A stretch of DNA of 64,000 bases from a virus, in IMG/VR virus record IMGVR_UViG_3300042301_002363, positions 1-64,000 of that record. The stretch is one strand, 5' to 3'. Position numbers and translations under genes: made by a program. Below, piece after piece: positions 1 through 8,849 of this stretch; the stretch's first letter is position 1; every line of letters starts with the position of its first letter. Below the pieces are notes generated by a model that worked only from the letters and a program-made list of their open reading frames with translations, had not been told where the DNA came from and did not search any database.

Positions 1-636
1 GATATAGATGAAAAGGATGAAGAACTATTCTTTAGCATTTGCAAAGAGTGGGAAGATTTGACGCAACTACAGCTTGAGTCTGTAGAGTACAAGAAGATGA
101 TTATTGGTGATGTAAACAATTACATTGGAATCTATGACAATGGTAAGACAAAATGCAAAGGTAGATTTGAGTTTGAAGAATTACCTCTTCATAAGAATAA
201 ATCTAATCTTGTAATACCTAAAGCATGGTTTGAATACTTTGTAAATGGTACTGATCCAAAAGAGTATCTCATGACAAACAGAAATATATTTGACTATTGC
301 ACTGGTTCTAAAATCAAAGGTAATTGGTTCTTTGTAGAGCGAGGTGTAAAAGAAGGTGTCTTTTATGAAAACAAGTTACAAAAACTTGTAAGATATTTTG
401 TATCCAAAAAAGGCACTAAAATAATTAAATGTAATCCTGATGGTAGACAAATACAACTTGAGAGTGGTCCAATTTTACAGACCATTTTTAACAAAGCAGT
501 TGTATTACCATGGGAAGAATATGACATTGATGAGAAATATTATCTTGATAAAATCTATGATGAGATTAAAAAGATAGAAAGCACATCTGAAGTCATTCCA
601 CAAAATATGTATCAACAGTTAAAATTAGAATTATGA
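1..636 (+). CDS. Family B DNA polymerase, C-terminal part (5' truncated by window)
   Basis: Frame is open from base 1. YKKMIIGDVNNYI and KCKGRFE match the DVNNY/KG motifs of crAss-like PolB. Ends in QQLKLEL. Confidence 0.8.
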   Translation, partial: DIDEKDEELFFSICKEWEDLTQLQLESVEYKKMIIGDVNNYIGIYDNGKTKCKGRFEFEELPLHKNKSNLVIPKAWFEYFVNGTDPKEYLMTNRNIFDYCTGSKIKGNWFFVERGVKEGVFYENKLQKLVRYFVSKKGTKIIKCNPDGRQIQLESGPILQTIFNKAVVLPWEEYDIDEKYYLDKIYDEIKKIESTSEVIPQNMYQQLKLEL

Positions 637-1412
637 AAAGAACAGTAAGTGGCATGGATGCCTATGCGAAAATTCTGTCTACTGGATTACCAGAGAAAAC
701 AGAAACTTACACCCCAATCTCACATGCAAGTGTGATAAACCGTGTGAGAAGTGAGATAACCAATGCTGGTTTTATTATCACTGGAGAAGATTACAGATGT
801 ACCAATGATGGGCAAATTGCTCTAGGTACATTAAGAATGAATTATAAAGCAGACCCAGACATTGAGTTGTCTGCTAATTTTACCAATTCATACAACAAAC
901 AACTTGCCTTCAGATTTAATCTTGGAGGCTTAGTAAAAGTCTGTATGAATGGTATGATGTTGAATAACAACAAGTTTGGCAAATTTAAACGCGTACATAA
1001 AGGTGCAGCAGATCTTTTAGCAGAAGGTATCATTAGTGATTATATAAATAACGCTGGTGAATACTGGGATTCTTTAGTAGAACACAAAGATTCTATGAAA
1101 GGAATCTTATTGTCAAGCACTGCGCAGCATGATGTACTAGGTGAATTATTCTTAAAAAGAGATGTCATAAATACAATGCAGCTTAACACTGTAAAGAAAG
1201 AGTTGATTAAACCATCTTTTGATTATAAAGTTGATTCTGATTCTGCGTGGGCATTGTATAATCACATTACTTTAGCACTGAAAGATTCACATCCTTCAGA
1301 CTGGATGGAAGATCAAATCAAAGTTCATGAAGTGTTTTCTAATATGCTTGACTTGGATAAAACTGAAGTAGAACTAACACCTGTAGAAGATGAACATATC
1401 ATTCTTGAATGA
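633..1412 (+). CDS. DUF932-like phage protein
   Basis: TYTPISH, NSYNKQ..F..G..V.VCMNGM, H, and SAWALYNHIT..LK resemble the DUF932 family. ATGA overlap with the polymerase stop. Confidence 0.65.
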   Translation: MKRTVSGMDAYAKILSTGLPEKTETYTPISHASVINRVRSEITNAGFIITGEDYRCTNDGQIALGTLRMNYKADPDIELSANFTNSYNKQLAFRFNLGGLVKVCMNGMMLNNNKFGKFKRVHKGAADLLAEGIISDYINNAGEYWDSLVEHKDSMKGILLSSTAQHDVLGELFLKRDVINTMQLNTVKKELIKPSFDYKVDSDSAWALYNHITLALKDSHPSDWMEDQIKVHEVFSNMLDLDKTEVELTPVEDEHIILE

Positions 1413-1578
1413 CATAATAAAAGATACTTATTATGTAGTTATGAAGAGAAAGAAAAACTCTAATCATGACAAGTTAGAAATTCTCAGAAGATTCTTAAAA
1501 GTAAAGTACAATATTACTATTGGAATGGAGTCTTTGAAAAGAAGAGATAAAGAATACAAGGGTCAAAATAAAGGTTAA
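1390..1578 (+). CDS. Hypothetical basic protein, 62 aa
   Basis: ORF overlaps the end of the upstream gene and is followed by a hairpin. Confidence 0.55.
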   Translation: MNISFLNDIIKDTYYVVMKRKKNSNHDKLEILRRFLKVKYNITIGMESLKRRDKEYKGQNKG

Positions 1579-1586
1579 ATGGAAAG

Positions 1587-1631
1587 TCTGTAGAAACGAA
1601 AATCCCCCATCACTGGGGGACTTTCTACAGA
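1587..1631. terminator. Hairpin between convergent gene blocks (probable terminator)
   Basis: TCCCCCA-tcac-TGGGGGA inner stem (1603-1620) nested in outer arms TCTGTAGAAA (1587-1596) and TTTCTACAGA (1622-1631). Confidence 0.65.
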
Positions 1632-1669
1632 AGAAGAAAAACCACTAAACATTTGCATAGTAGCATCTT

Positions 1670-1816
1670 TTATCGCCCTTGCCCTTTGTAGCTCTTGCGA
1701 TAGTTTTTTGAGTTCTTAGACTTTGATGTTTTTGTTTTTGCATGAACACCTGGTCTAGAAACTTCAGGTTTCTTCAAAAAGGATGTAACGCTACTGGTTT
1801 TAAGCTTCGCTGCCAT
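1670..1816 (-). CDS. Small Lys/Ser-rich basic protein, 48 aa (absent from the ORF track)
   Basis: Manual translation: MAAKLKTSSVTSFLKKPEVSRPGVHAKTKTSKSKNSKNYRKSYKGQGR*. Overlaps the end of the upstream gene and fills the gap before the hairpin. The Y-x-GQGR ending is one I recall from other small phage proteins. Confidence 0.7.
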   Translation of the reverse strand: MAAKLKTSSVTSFLKKPEVSRPGVHAKTKTSKSKNSKNYRKSYKGQGR

Positions 1817-1985
1817 CTTTCTTTTCTTTTTTGTCTACAACAGACCATATAAGACCTGCTAGAGTAATTACAGAACCAACAATTTCAGTAAGTGTAGATT
1901 CATCAACTGTGCCTCTTACAACAAGAAAACCTCCAACAAAGGTTAAAATGTGTCGTGCAATTCCTAGGATTTGATTTTGATTCAT
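1800..1985 (-). CDS. Putative holin (two TM helices, basic C-terminus)
   Basis: ILGIARHILTFVGGFLVVRG...IVGSVITLAGLIWSVV then KKEKK. Directly downstream of endolysin genes. Confidence 0.65.
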   Translation of the reverse strand: MNQNQILGIARHILTFVGGFLVVRGTVDESTLTEIVGSVITLAGLIWSVVDKKEKKDGSEA

Positions 1986-1999
1986 ACTTATTAGTTTAA

Positions 2000-2815
2000 T
2001 TAAATAATATCGCTGCTTTCTATTAATGTATAGGTAAAGTTATTACCATGAAGTGCTTTGGCCTTGCGACAAATTGCCATAAACTCTTCAAAGTCTGCTG
2101 CTTTTTTAAACACTTGACATCCTTCAGACCAGTTTTCTACAAATGTAGAATCTGCACCTGCTTTATGAATATTGATACCAAAAACACCTTCTTGAATAGA
2201 TTTCTCATCATATGTCATATCTTTGTTTGGATCACGATAAACTTTTACTGGTTTGTTTTGTCCTAATGCTTCATACTTACCAGCGTGAAGTCTCATGATA
2301 TGAGAGTCAACATATTGACCTTCAACTAGTCTAGCAACACCAGCCTTGTTACCAAATTGCATAACACCCTTTGTTCCTGGATCTGTAGTAGCTGGCCATA
2401 CGTGGCATTTCCAAACTCCATTTTCTGTATAAGAAAGAGTTATGTTATCATCAAATAGATTAGTTACCTTCTGACCTGTTGCAGAATTTCTTACCCCAAT
2501 GATGTTTAAAAGAAAGTCTTTATGCTCAAACCACTTATAACCTTTTGCCTTAACAGCAGTTTCAAGTTGTTCTTTGGTATACTTACCTACTGTTGCAGGT
2601 TTATTACTTTCAGTAGCACCAAATTTAGTTACAATAATGCCAAGTTTGGCTAATGTAGCAGGACCTACAATTCCATCTGGAGTAAGTCCCTGCTTTTTTT
2701 GAAACTCAATAACAGCAGCTTCTGTTTTTGGTCCAAAGTTTCCTGTTTGCTCTACACCTAATACTGCTTGAATTTTCTTAACAACATCATTGTTGTCTCC
2801 TTTTTTCAGTGTCAT
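2000..2815 (-). CDS. Putative endolysin: N-terminal peptidoglycan-binding domain plus His/Cys (YkuD/L,D-transpeptidase-like) domain
   Basis: LKKGD..VKKIQ..L...GNFGPKTEAAVIEFQ..GLTPDGIVGPAT fits PG_binding_1. GINIHKAG...WSEGCQV matches the H-x(14-17)-S-x-GC pattern. Confidence 0.7.
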   Translation of the reverse strand: MTLKKGDNNDVVKKIQAVLGVEQTGNFGPKTEAAVIEFQKKQGLTPDGIVGPATLAKLGIIVTKFGATESNKPATVGKYTKEQLETAVKAKGYKWFEHKDFLLNIIGVRNSATGQKVTNLFDDNITLSYTENGVWKCHVWPATTDPGTKGVMQFGNKAGVARLVEGQYVDSHIMRLHAGKYEALGQNKPVKVYRDPNKDMTYDEKSIQEGVFGINIHKAGADSTFVENWSEGCQVFKKAADFEEFMAICRKAKALHGNNFTYTLIESSDII

Positions 2816-2825
2816 AATTCTATAT

Positions 2826-3284
2826 TTATTTTTTAAAGTACAAGTTTGCTTCAGCTTCTCTACGTCTAACTAAACCAGTCAGCGTTTTACCACCTGCTTT
2901 TACCCATTTCATAAATTCTAATCTGATAGATTCATCATTAGGATTAGCGTTTACTTTTTTAAGTAACGTAGAAGATTTCAAGTTTGCTGGCCCTAAGTTG
3001 TAAGCAAATGATACTAACGCATCAAATTGATTCTGTGTAATAGTGTCTACACAATAACTGTCTACGTATTTTTCAAAACTAATAAGCATGTTTGCTAACA
3101 ATTCAACAGCTTGTTCTTCTGTTATGCTTGCATCACTCATTGTTACTTTTTTCCCACCAGGATAGAATGTTGCACCATATCCAATTGTAGGAACACCTGC
3201 AGAACATTTGTAAGGAGCTGCTCTGAACCCTTCAAAAGATTTGATTAAATCAATCCCTGCTTTCGCTGTCTGTGTTATTTTCAT
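2826..3284 (-). CDS. Lysozyme, GH24 family endolysin
   Basis: IKSFEGFRAAPYKCSAGVPTIGYG gives the E-x8-C-x5-T triad. Also QNQFDALVSFAYNLG and GLVRRREAE. Confidence 0.92.
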   Translation of the reverse strand: MKITQTAKAGIDLIKSFEGFRAAPYKCSAGVPTIGYGATFYPGGKKVTMSDASITEEQAVELLANMLISFEKYVDSYCVDTITQNQFDALVSFAYNLGPANLKSSTLLKKVNANPNDESIRLEFMKWVKAGGKTLTGLVRRREAEANLYFKK

Positions 3285-3525
3285 CTTCGTTCTTTTTTTT
3301 GTTTGACATAATTCTACCTACTGTAGTAATTCCAAATGCTCCAAGGGTAATAATCATAAAGCCATCAAAGATGAACTCTTTTATGACAAGTTCTTTACCC
3401 CATATGCCTGTAACTACATCTACTGTTAGGATAAATACCATAGCAAAAAATGCTATTACCCCTACAAATGTTTGCTCGTTTATTTGATTATCATTTGAAA
3501 CGAGTTGTTTAAAAAACTTTTTCAT
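3250..3525 (-). CDS. Small two-TM membrane protein (holin/antiholin candidate), 91 aa
   Basis: Likely start is MKKFFKQ at 3525, just after the PAS gene stop. Two hydrophobic helices and a charged C-terminus. Overlaps the lysozyme start. Confidence 0.6.
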   Translation of the reverse strand: MKKFFKQLVSNDNQINEQTFVGVIAFFAMVFILTVDVVTGIWGKELVIKEFIFDGFMIITLGAFGITTVGRIMSNKKKNEDENNTDSESRD

Positions 3526-3529
3526 ATTC

Positions 3530-4645
3530 TTACTTTTTTTCTTTACTGCCTTCTTGAGTAGCATACTTGATACCCATGATTGTACCAACTATTGAAAAGG
3601 CATTTGTTAATAATACACTAAACATGTTACTCCATGTTGAACCAATAATTTGTGTGTCTTGATTTGTTACAATGGCCATCCAGTATAACACAGTTGTTAC
3701 AGCCCCCACTCCTACTATAACAGATAACGCAACTTTGACAATTATTTTTATTAGCTCACTTTGACTTTTCTTCATCATTACATCTAAGTCATTTAAAGCT
3801 GCATCTTTCTCTATCTCTATTGCATTTTTAAGTTTTTGAGAGTTATCAAGTTCTATTTGTAAATTCTTTGAAAGATCCTCTATCTTCTTCTCATTGTTTA
3901 CAGCTTCAGTAACATCAGTTGCAATTTTAACTACGTCAGTGATATTTCCTTTACTGTCTAAAACAGGATTATAAGATGCTTGTAAGTAAACAGTAGAACC
4001 ATCTACTTTTCTTCTTTCAAATATCCCATCAAAGTATTTTCCTTTTCTTAAACTTTCCCAAAACTTAGTATACTCATCAGACTTAGAATACTCATAACTT
4101 ACAAAAACACTGTGATGTTTACCAATGACTTTATTTTGCTCATTAGCTTTATAACCCATTGTTTCTAAGAATACAGAATTTACTTCTGTTATAAACCCAT
4201 CAATGTTAAAATTGATAAGAGCTGTACTTCTGTTGATTGCGTCTATCTGTTTTTTGCTATTGACAATTAAACTAATGTCAGTAGCAATCTTCATTACTTT
4301 AGTAATCTTACCATCCTCATTAAAGATAGGATTGTAAGTTGCTTGAAGATTGATAAGACTTCCATCCTTTCTTCTTCTTTCAAATTCACCAGTGTAATAC
4401 TTACCACTTCTTAAGATGTCCCAGAACTTTTCATACTCAAGGGATCTTGCGTAATCATCACATACAAAGATGCTATGGTGTTTACCAATGATATCATCAT
4501 GGTTGCCTTTGCCATAACCCATTGCTTCCAAAAAAATGTCATTAACCCCTAGTATAATACCAGCGAGGTCAAAGTAGATAATAGCGTTGCTTCTATTAAT
4601 CGCTTCAAGTCTACTTAATAATTCTTCTTTTGGTAAATTTTTCAT
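3530..4645 (-). CDS. Tandem PAS/PAC domain protein with coiled coil and C-terminal TM helices
   Basis: Two ~122-aa repeats AINRS.A.I.F...G.I..VN..FL..MGY.....IGKHHS.FV......EY.KFW..LR.GKY..G.FERR..DGS...LQA.YNP.....G.IT.V.KIATD, typical of chemoreceptor-type PAS domains. Hydrophobic C-terminus. Confidence 0.88.
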   Translation of the reverse strand: MKNLPKEELLSRLEAINRSNAIIYFDLAGIILGVNDIFLEAMGYGKGNHDDIIGKHHSIFVCDDYARSLEYEKFWDILRSGKYYTGEFERRRKDGSLINLQATYNPIFNEDGKITKVMKIATDISLIVNSKKQIDAINRSTALINFNIDGFITEVNSVFLETMGYKANEQNKVIGKHHSVFVSYEYSKSDEYTKFWESLRKGKYFDGIFERRKVDGSTVYLQASYNPVLDSKGNITDVVKIATDVTEAVNNEKKIEDLSKNLQIELDNSQKLKNAIEIEKDAALNDLDVMMKKSQSELIKIIVKVALSVIVGVGAVTTVLYWMAIVTNQDTQIIGSTWSNMFSVLLTNAFSIVGTIMGIKYATQEGSKEKK

Positions 4646-4902
4646 TACTTATTTATCAATTGTCTCACTGTATCTGCTAAATCTCCAACATTCTTTGCTA
4701 GATTTTTAATTTCCAACTGAGTTTGCTCTTGAATAGCTTGGTACTTTAGTCTTGATTCTTGTTCTACAAGTTCAATTTTTCCTTTAAGTTTACCTTGTTC
4801 TTCTGTATTTTTACGTACATCACTGTGTACAATTTTTAAGAAGTATCCAATAATTGTTATGGCAGTACCCAAGATGAATACTACAATGTCTGAACTTGTC
4901 AT
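4645..4902 (-). CDS. Membrane protein, N-terminal TM plus coiled coil (lysis accessory candidate)
   Basis: IVVFILGTAITIIGYFL followed by a heptad-like Q/E/K-rich segment. Overlaps both neighbours (ATGA and TAATG). Confidence 0.6.
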   Translation of the reverse strand: MTSSDIVVFILGTAITIIGYFLKIVHSDVRKNTEEQGKLKGKIELVEQESRLKYQAIQEQTQLEIKNLAKNVGDLADTVRQLINK

Positions 4903-5375
4903 CTCCTAAATTGTTTAATGATTAATAAGATTGCAACTAATATTATAGCAAGAAATAGCATCCACCAAGGAAAACCTGATCTTTCTGTATACTTTGTTTT
5001 TTTAGTTTCAGCTTTGGTATTTTGCTTATTAATCTTAACTGCTGCAGATAATGAGTCATCATACATTCTAGCCATGATTTTCAGTGAGTCTTTGAATCTC
5101 TTATTATCAAATCTAGTTTGCCATCTAGTTTGCCATCTTGTTTCTACAGTGGCTTCTGGACAATTGCAGGGTACTTGGGTAGTAACATAGATTAATGAGT
5201 CTTTGCCATCTTTACCTTTGACAAGTAAAGTATCTGTTTTTTCTACATAGATTGTATCACACGTAATTTTACCACCTTTGGAATAGAACTTATCCAAATG
5301 GTATTTAGCATTGTGACAACTAGATACAATAACTAACAATGACAATAATGTAAGTAGTACAAAAAGTTTTTTCAT
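4899..5375 (-). CDS. Putative unimolecular spanin (lipoprotein with C-terminal TM)
   Basis: Signal peptide MKKLFVLLTLLSLLVIVSSC with lipobox Cys, and C-terminal TM FPWWMLFLAIILVAILLII-KQFRR. First gene of the lysis block. Confidence 0.7.
   Translation of the reverse strand: MKKLFVLLTLLSLLVIVSSCHNAKYHLDKFYSKGGKITCDTIYVEKTDTLLVKGKDGKDSLIYVTTQVPCNCPEATVETRWQTRWQTRFDNKRFKDSLKIMARMYDDSLSAAVKINKQNTKAETKKTKYTERSGFPWWMLFLAIILVAILLIIKQFRR
5112..5143. repeat. 12-bp tandem repeat (about 2.7 copies) encoding TRWQ-TRWQ-TRF
   Basis: tctagtttgcca tctagtttgcca tcttgttt. Confidence 0.8.
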
Positions 5376-5400
5376 ATGTCTTTTTTTGTACTCTCACCTT

Positions 5401-5436
5401 CCTCAAGTATAAGATAATACAAATATCTGAAATTAC
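5401..5436 (-). promoter_or_regulatory. Conserved phage promoter-like motif, copy A (upstream of lysis block)
   Basis: Minus strand GTAATTTCA-N11-TATCTT-N5-TGAGG. Same layout in three other intergenic regions. Confidence 0.6.
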
Positions 5437-5479
5437 ATGAAAATACTTACACATTTTGTAAATTTTTTTCATAAAGTTT

Positions 5480-5511
5480 TTTGGCAGCCAATGTAAATTT
5501 TACGATCTTTG
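5480..5511 (+). promoter_or_regulatory. Bacteroidota sigma-A-like promoter upstream of the RNR gene
   Basis: TTTG-N20-GATCTTTG versus consensus TTTG-N19/21-TAnnTTTG (one mismatch). Confidence 0.5.
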
Positions 5512-5554
5512 TTGCCTTTCCATTTTATTTTTTTAACCCTATAATTCTTAAATT

Positions 5555-7462
5555 ATGACAGAAACAAAAGCGAGTTCTCTTGTTGTGCCTTGGGGTCCAG
5601 TAGGGTATGTTACTTACAAAAGAACATACTCCAGACCAACCAAAAATGGCAAAACAGAAGAGTGGCATGATACTATTGAAAGAGTAGTAGATGCATGTAA
5701 AAATCAACTAGAAGTTGGATTTTCAAAAACAGAAGAAGATTCTTTAAGAAGAATCATGGCAAACCTGAAAGGTACAGTAGCAGGGAGATTCTTATGGCAA
5801 CTAGGTACAAAAACCGTTGACAAATTAGGATTACCATCTTTGCAAAACTGTGCGTTTGTAGTTTGTGACGAACCCATTAGACCATTTACATGGGCATTTG
5901 AAATGCTTATGTTAGGTTCAGGTGTAGGATTTAACATCCAACGTGAACATGTTTATCAAATACCTAAAGTCCTTAAGAAGGTAAAGGTAGAACGCATGGA
6001 TGTTAATGATGCTGATTTTATTGTACCTGATTCAAGAGAAGGTTGGGTTGAACTTATGAGACGTGTTCTTGAGGCATCATTTGTAACAGGACAAGGATTT
6101 ACATATGCATGTCACCTTATTCGTTCAAAAGGTTCGCCAATCAAAGGATTTGGTGGTGTGGCATCTGGTCCACAAGACTTAGTATGGGGAATTGGAGAAA
6201 TCAATAACATCTTGAATAGTAGAGCTGGTAAAAGACTGCGTTCTATTGACTGTCTTGACATTATGAATATCATTGGTCGCATTGTTGTTGCAGGTAACGT
6301 AAGACGTTCAGCACAAATTGCACTTGGTGATTATGATGACTTTGATTTTTTACGTGCAAAACGTTGGGATTTAGGTAACATTCCTAACTGGCGTGCAATG
6401 AGCAACAACTCAGTCATATGTGATGATACAACAAAATTACCAGAAGAGTTTTGGGAAGGTTATAAAGGTAATGGTGAACCGTATGGTTTAATAAACCTTG
6501 ATGCTTCTCGCAGAATGGGTAGAGTTGATGAGATTCAGTATCCTGATCCAGAAGTTATGGGTTTCAATCCATGTGCAGAACAGTCTTTAGCTAACTTTGA
6601 GACATGTTGTTTGGCAGAAATCTATTTACCAAACATTGATTCTTATGATGAGTTAAAAGAAGTTGCTCGTACATTGTACAGAATCAATAAACATTCTTTG
6701 GCAATCAAGTGCGCTATTAAAGAAACTGAGGATATTGTACACAAGAACATGAGAATGGGTATTGGTGTTACAGGTTATCTTCAGGCTACTGATGAGCAAC
6801 GTTCATGGTTGTCAGATTGCTATGTGTATTTGCGCGCATATGATGAAGAGTACAGTAAGCAAAAAGGATTTAATCCATCTATCAAACTTACAACAGTTAA
6901 ACCTTCAGGTACATTGAGTCTACTTGCAGGTGTTACATCAGGCGCACATCCAGCTTATTCTCAATATTACATTCGTAGAATTAGAATGTCTTCTGACAGT
7001 CCTATTGTAAACGTGTGTAGAAAGAATGGATACCCAGTAGAGTTTCAGCGAAATTTTGATGGCACTGAGGATCATAGTACTGCAATAGTATCTTTTCCTT
7101 GTAAATTTCCAAAACATACAATTCTTGCTAATGACATGACAGCTGTAGACCAGTTAGAAGTAATCAAAAGATTGCAAACAGAATGGTCTGATAACGCAGT
7201 GTCTGTTACAATCTACTATCGCAAGCATGAGTTAGATGAAATTAAACAATGGCTTTCTGAGAACTATTTTAATGTGAAGTCTGTATCATTCTTGCTTCAC
7301 AATGATCATGGTTTTGATCAAGCACCATTAGAAGAAATCACTGAAGACAGATACAATGAACTTTCAGCATCTGTAATTCCTATTTCATCTTTTGATGATA
7401 CCATCAATTTAGATGATTTGGATATTGCAGACTGCGATGGAGGAGCCTGTCCTGTTAGATAA
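5555..7462 (+). CDS. nrdJ: Class II (adenosylcobalamin-dependent) ribonucleotide reductase
   Basis: YKRTYSR, GRFLW, LQNC, GSGVG, VVAGNVRRSA, catalytic NPCAE, TTVKPSGT and C-terminal CDGGACPVR. No small-subunit gene adjacent. Confidence 0.9.
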   Translation: MTETKASSLVVPWGPVGYVTYKRTYSRPTKNGKTEEWHDTIERVVDACKNQLEVGFSKTEEDSLRRIMANLKGTVAGRFLWQLGTKTVDKLGLPSLQNCAFVVCDEPIRPFTWAFEMLMLGSGVGFNIQREHVYQIPKVLKKVKVERMDVNDADFIVPDSREGWVELMRRVLEASFVTGQGFTYACHLIRSKGSPIKGFGGVASGPQDLVWGIGEINNILNSRAGKRLRSIDCLDIMNIIGRIVVAGNVRRSAQIALGDYDDFDFLRAKRWDLGNIPNWRAMSNNSVICDDTTKLPEEFWEGYKGNGEPYGLINLDASRRMGRVDEIQYPDPEVMGFNPCAEQSLANFETCCLAEIYLPNIDSYDELKEVARTLYRINKHSLAIKCAIKETEDIVHKNMRMGIGVTGYLQATDEQRSWLSDCYVYLRAYDEEYSKQKGFNPSIKLTTVKPSGTLSLLAGVTSGAHPAYSQYYIRRIRMSSDSPIVNVCRKNGYPVEFQRNFDGTEDHSTAIVSFPCKFPKHTILANDMTAVDQLEVIKRLQTEWSDNAVSVTIYYRKHELDEIKQWLSENYFNVKSVSFLLHNDHGFDQAPLEEITEDRYNELSASVIPISSFDDTINLDDLDIADCDGGACPVR

Positions 7463-7466
7463 TCAC

Positions 7467-7502
7467 AAAAGGGCTGTGTAAAAGCAGCCCTATTTTTTTT
7501 TT
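7467..7502 (+). terminator. Intrinsic terminator after nrdJ
   Basis: AGGGCTG-N8-CAGCCCT followed by a long T run. Confidence 0.8.
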
Positions 7503-7507
7503 ACATT

Positions 7508-7735
7508 ATGGAAGAACAACAAAAAATCAAAAGAAACATTTACAGATTTTTTCATCCTGAGTCAGGATCCAAATTGAACATTTGGGCAGCAACAGATGAA
7601 GAAGCTATGACAACATTTAGCACAATTGTTAAAAGTGTAATTCCTTGGAAATTAAGGAAACCTGCACCATCAAGCAAACGTTTTAAGCAACGTCCACATA
7701 CAAACCCAAAGAAAAATGGAAGTCCTGTGCATTGA
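7508..7735 (+). CDS. Hypothetical protein
   Basis: 75-aa ORF in a tightly packed co-oriented cluster. Confidence 0.55.
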   Translation: MEEQQKIKRNIYRFFHPESGSKLNIWAATDEEAMTTFSTIVKSVIPWKLRKPAPSSKRFKQRPHTNPKKNGSPVH

Positions 7736-7967
7736 TGCTGACAAATTACCTCCTGGCGCAGAAGTTGAGGAGGGCAAAACTTACTCAGTTGTATCTGAGT
7801 TTATAAACAACTTTGACCAAAAAGTCTACATCATTAAAGGTGTGACAAATGAAGGTAGAACAAAATATGGTCTACCATGGATTGGATACAGAGCAAGCAG
7901 ATTTGTCTTGTTATCAGAGAAATCTATATCTGTAAAAGAGAAGAAATACGAACCAATACTAAATTGA
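7716..7967 (+). CDS. Hypothetical protein (small beta-rich domain)
   Basis: 83-aa ORF with V.CID...EGKTY.V...Y...RF, a pattern of small phage proteins. Confidence 0.6.
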   Translation: MEVLCIDADKLPPGAEVEEGKTYSVVSEFINNFDQKVYIIKGVTNEGRTKYGLPWIGYRASRFVLLSEKSISVKEKKYEPILN

Positions 7968-7968
7968 C

Positions 7969-8574
7969 ATGAAAGAATTCTTTGACTATCTGGTTAAGCA
8001 CAAGCTTAGCCCCAATGGCTTCTACGTGTTACATTCTACATTCAATGGGTACAGTCATTCTAATTTTATAAATGTTCGCAGTGAACAGTATAGATTAGCA
8101 TTATGTGACTATATGAAAGAAGTAGAAGGCACGTATGTGTTGACGACATTAGGTAAAGGTGTACTAAGAAATGGCCAAAAGCTATTAGAAAAAGCACCTA
8201 AACCAAAAAAAGTACCATTTGAAGAATGGGAAGAACACATTACTAAGTATAATGAATGTTTTCCAAAAGGAAAGCGTCCTGATTCAACGCATGCTTATCG
8301 CACAAATCCTAAAGAACTTTATGAGAGATTCATTTGGTTCTTTAATGAGTATCCTGAGTATACCTGGGATCTTGTACATCAAGCAACAGAACAGTACACT
8401 GAAAGTTTTAAAGAGCAAAGTGACTACACTTACATCCAAAGCTCTAAATACTTTATTAAAAAAGATGACAAGAACAAGCAAACTGTTTCTGGTCTTGCTA
8501 CAATGTGCTGGAATATTGTTGAAGGAAATGACACAGACATTATCAATGAGGGCTTTCATTACTTTGGACCATGA
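7969..8574 (+). CDS. Hypothetical protein, possible winged-HTH / replication-initiator-like
   Basis: Wing-like YVLTTLGKGVL, then a Lys/Pro linker and F..W....Y...FP helical domain reminiscent of phage initiators. Function is inference. Confidence 0.5.
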   Translation: MKEFFDYLVKHKLSPNGFYVLHSTFNGYSHSNFINVRSEQYRLALCDYMKEVEGTYVLTTLGKGVLRNGQKLLEKAPKPKKVPFEEWEEHITKYNECFPKGKRPDSTHAYRTNPKELYERFIWFFNEYPEYTWDLVHQATEQYTESFKEQSDYTYIQSSKYFIKKDDKNKQTVSGLATMCWNIVEGNDTDIINEGFHYFGP

Positions 8575-8849
8575 GTAAACCTAACGCTGATTATGAGCTG
8601 ATTTTCAATTTGATAAAAGAAGGATTAACAATGAATCAGATACATGTAAGAACAGGTGTATCCATGTCATATCTTGATAAGAACTATTCTGCTTATTATA
8701 GAACTGAAAAGCTCAACAAACTTGGTCATAAAGATGAACCTTATTACAAAACAGAAAAGGAGATGCTTGAAGACAAAGTGTATACTTATGAAAGTCTTAG
8801 TCCTTCTGAGAAAGAGATTTATGACAACTTAAATAAAGGGGAGATTTGA
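8571..8849 (+). CDS. Hypothetical protein with possible N-terminal HTH
   Basis: LIKEGLTMNQIHVRTGVSMSYL fits an HTH pattern. ATGA overlap with the upstream gene. Confidence 0.5.
   Translation: MSKPNADYELIFNLIKEGLTMNQIHVRTGVSMSYLDKNYSAYYRTEKLNKLGHKDEPYYKTEKEMLEDKVYTYESLSPSEKEIYDNLNKGEI

Noticed and set aside
3526-3588. Longer start (112 aa) for the two-TM gene
   Set aside because: It would overlap the PAS gene by about 60 nt. The ATG at 3525 directly after the PAS stop is more plausible.
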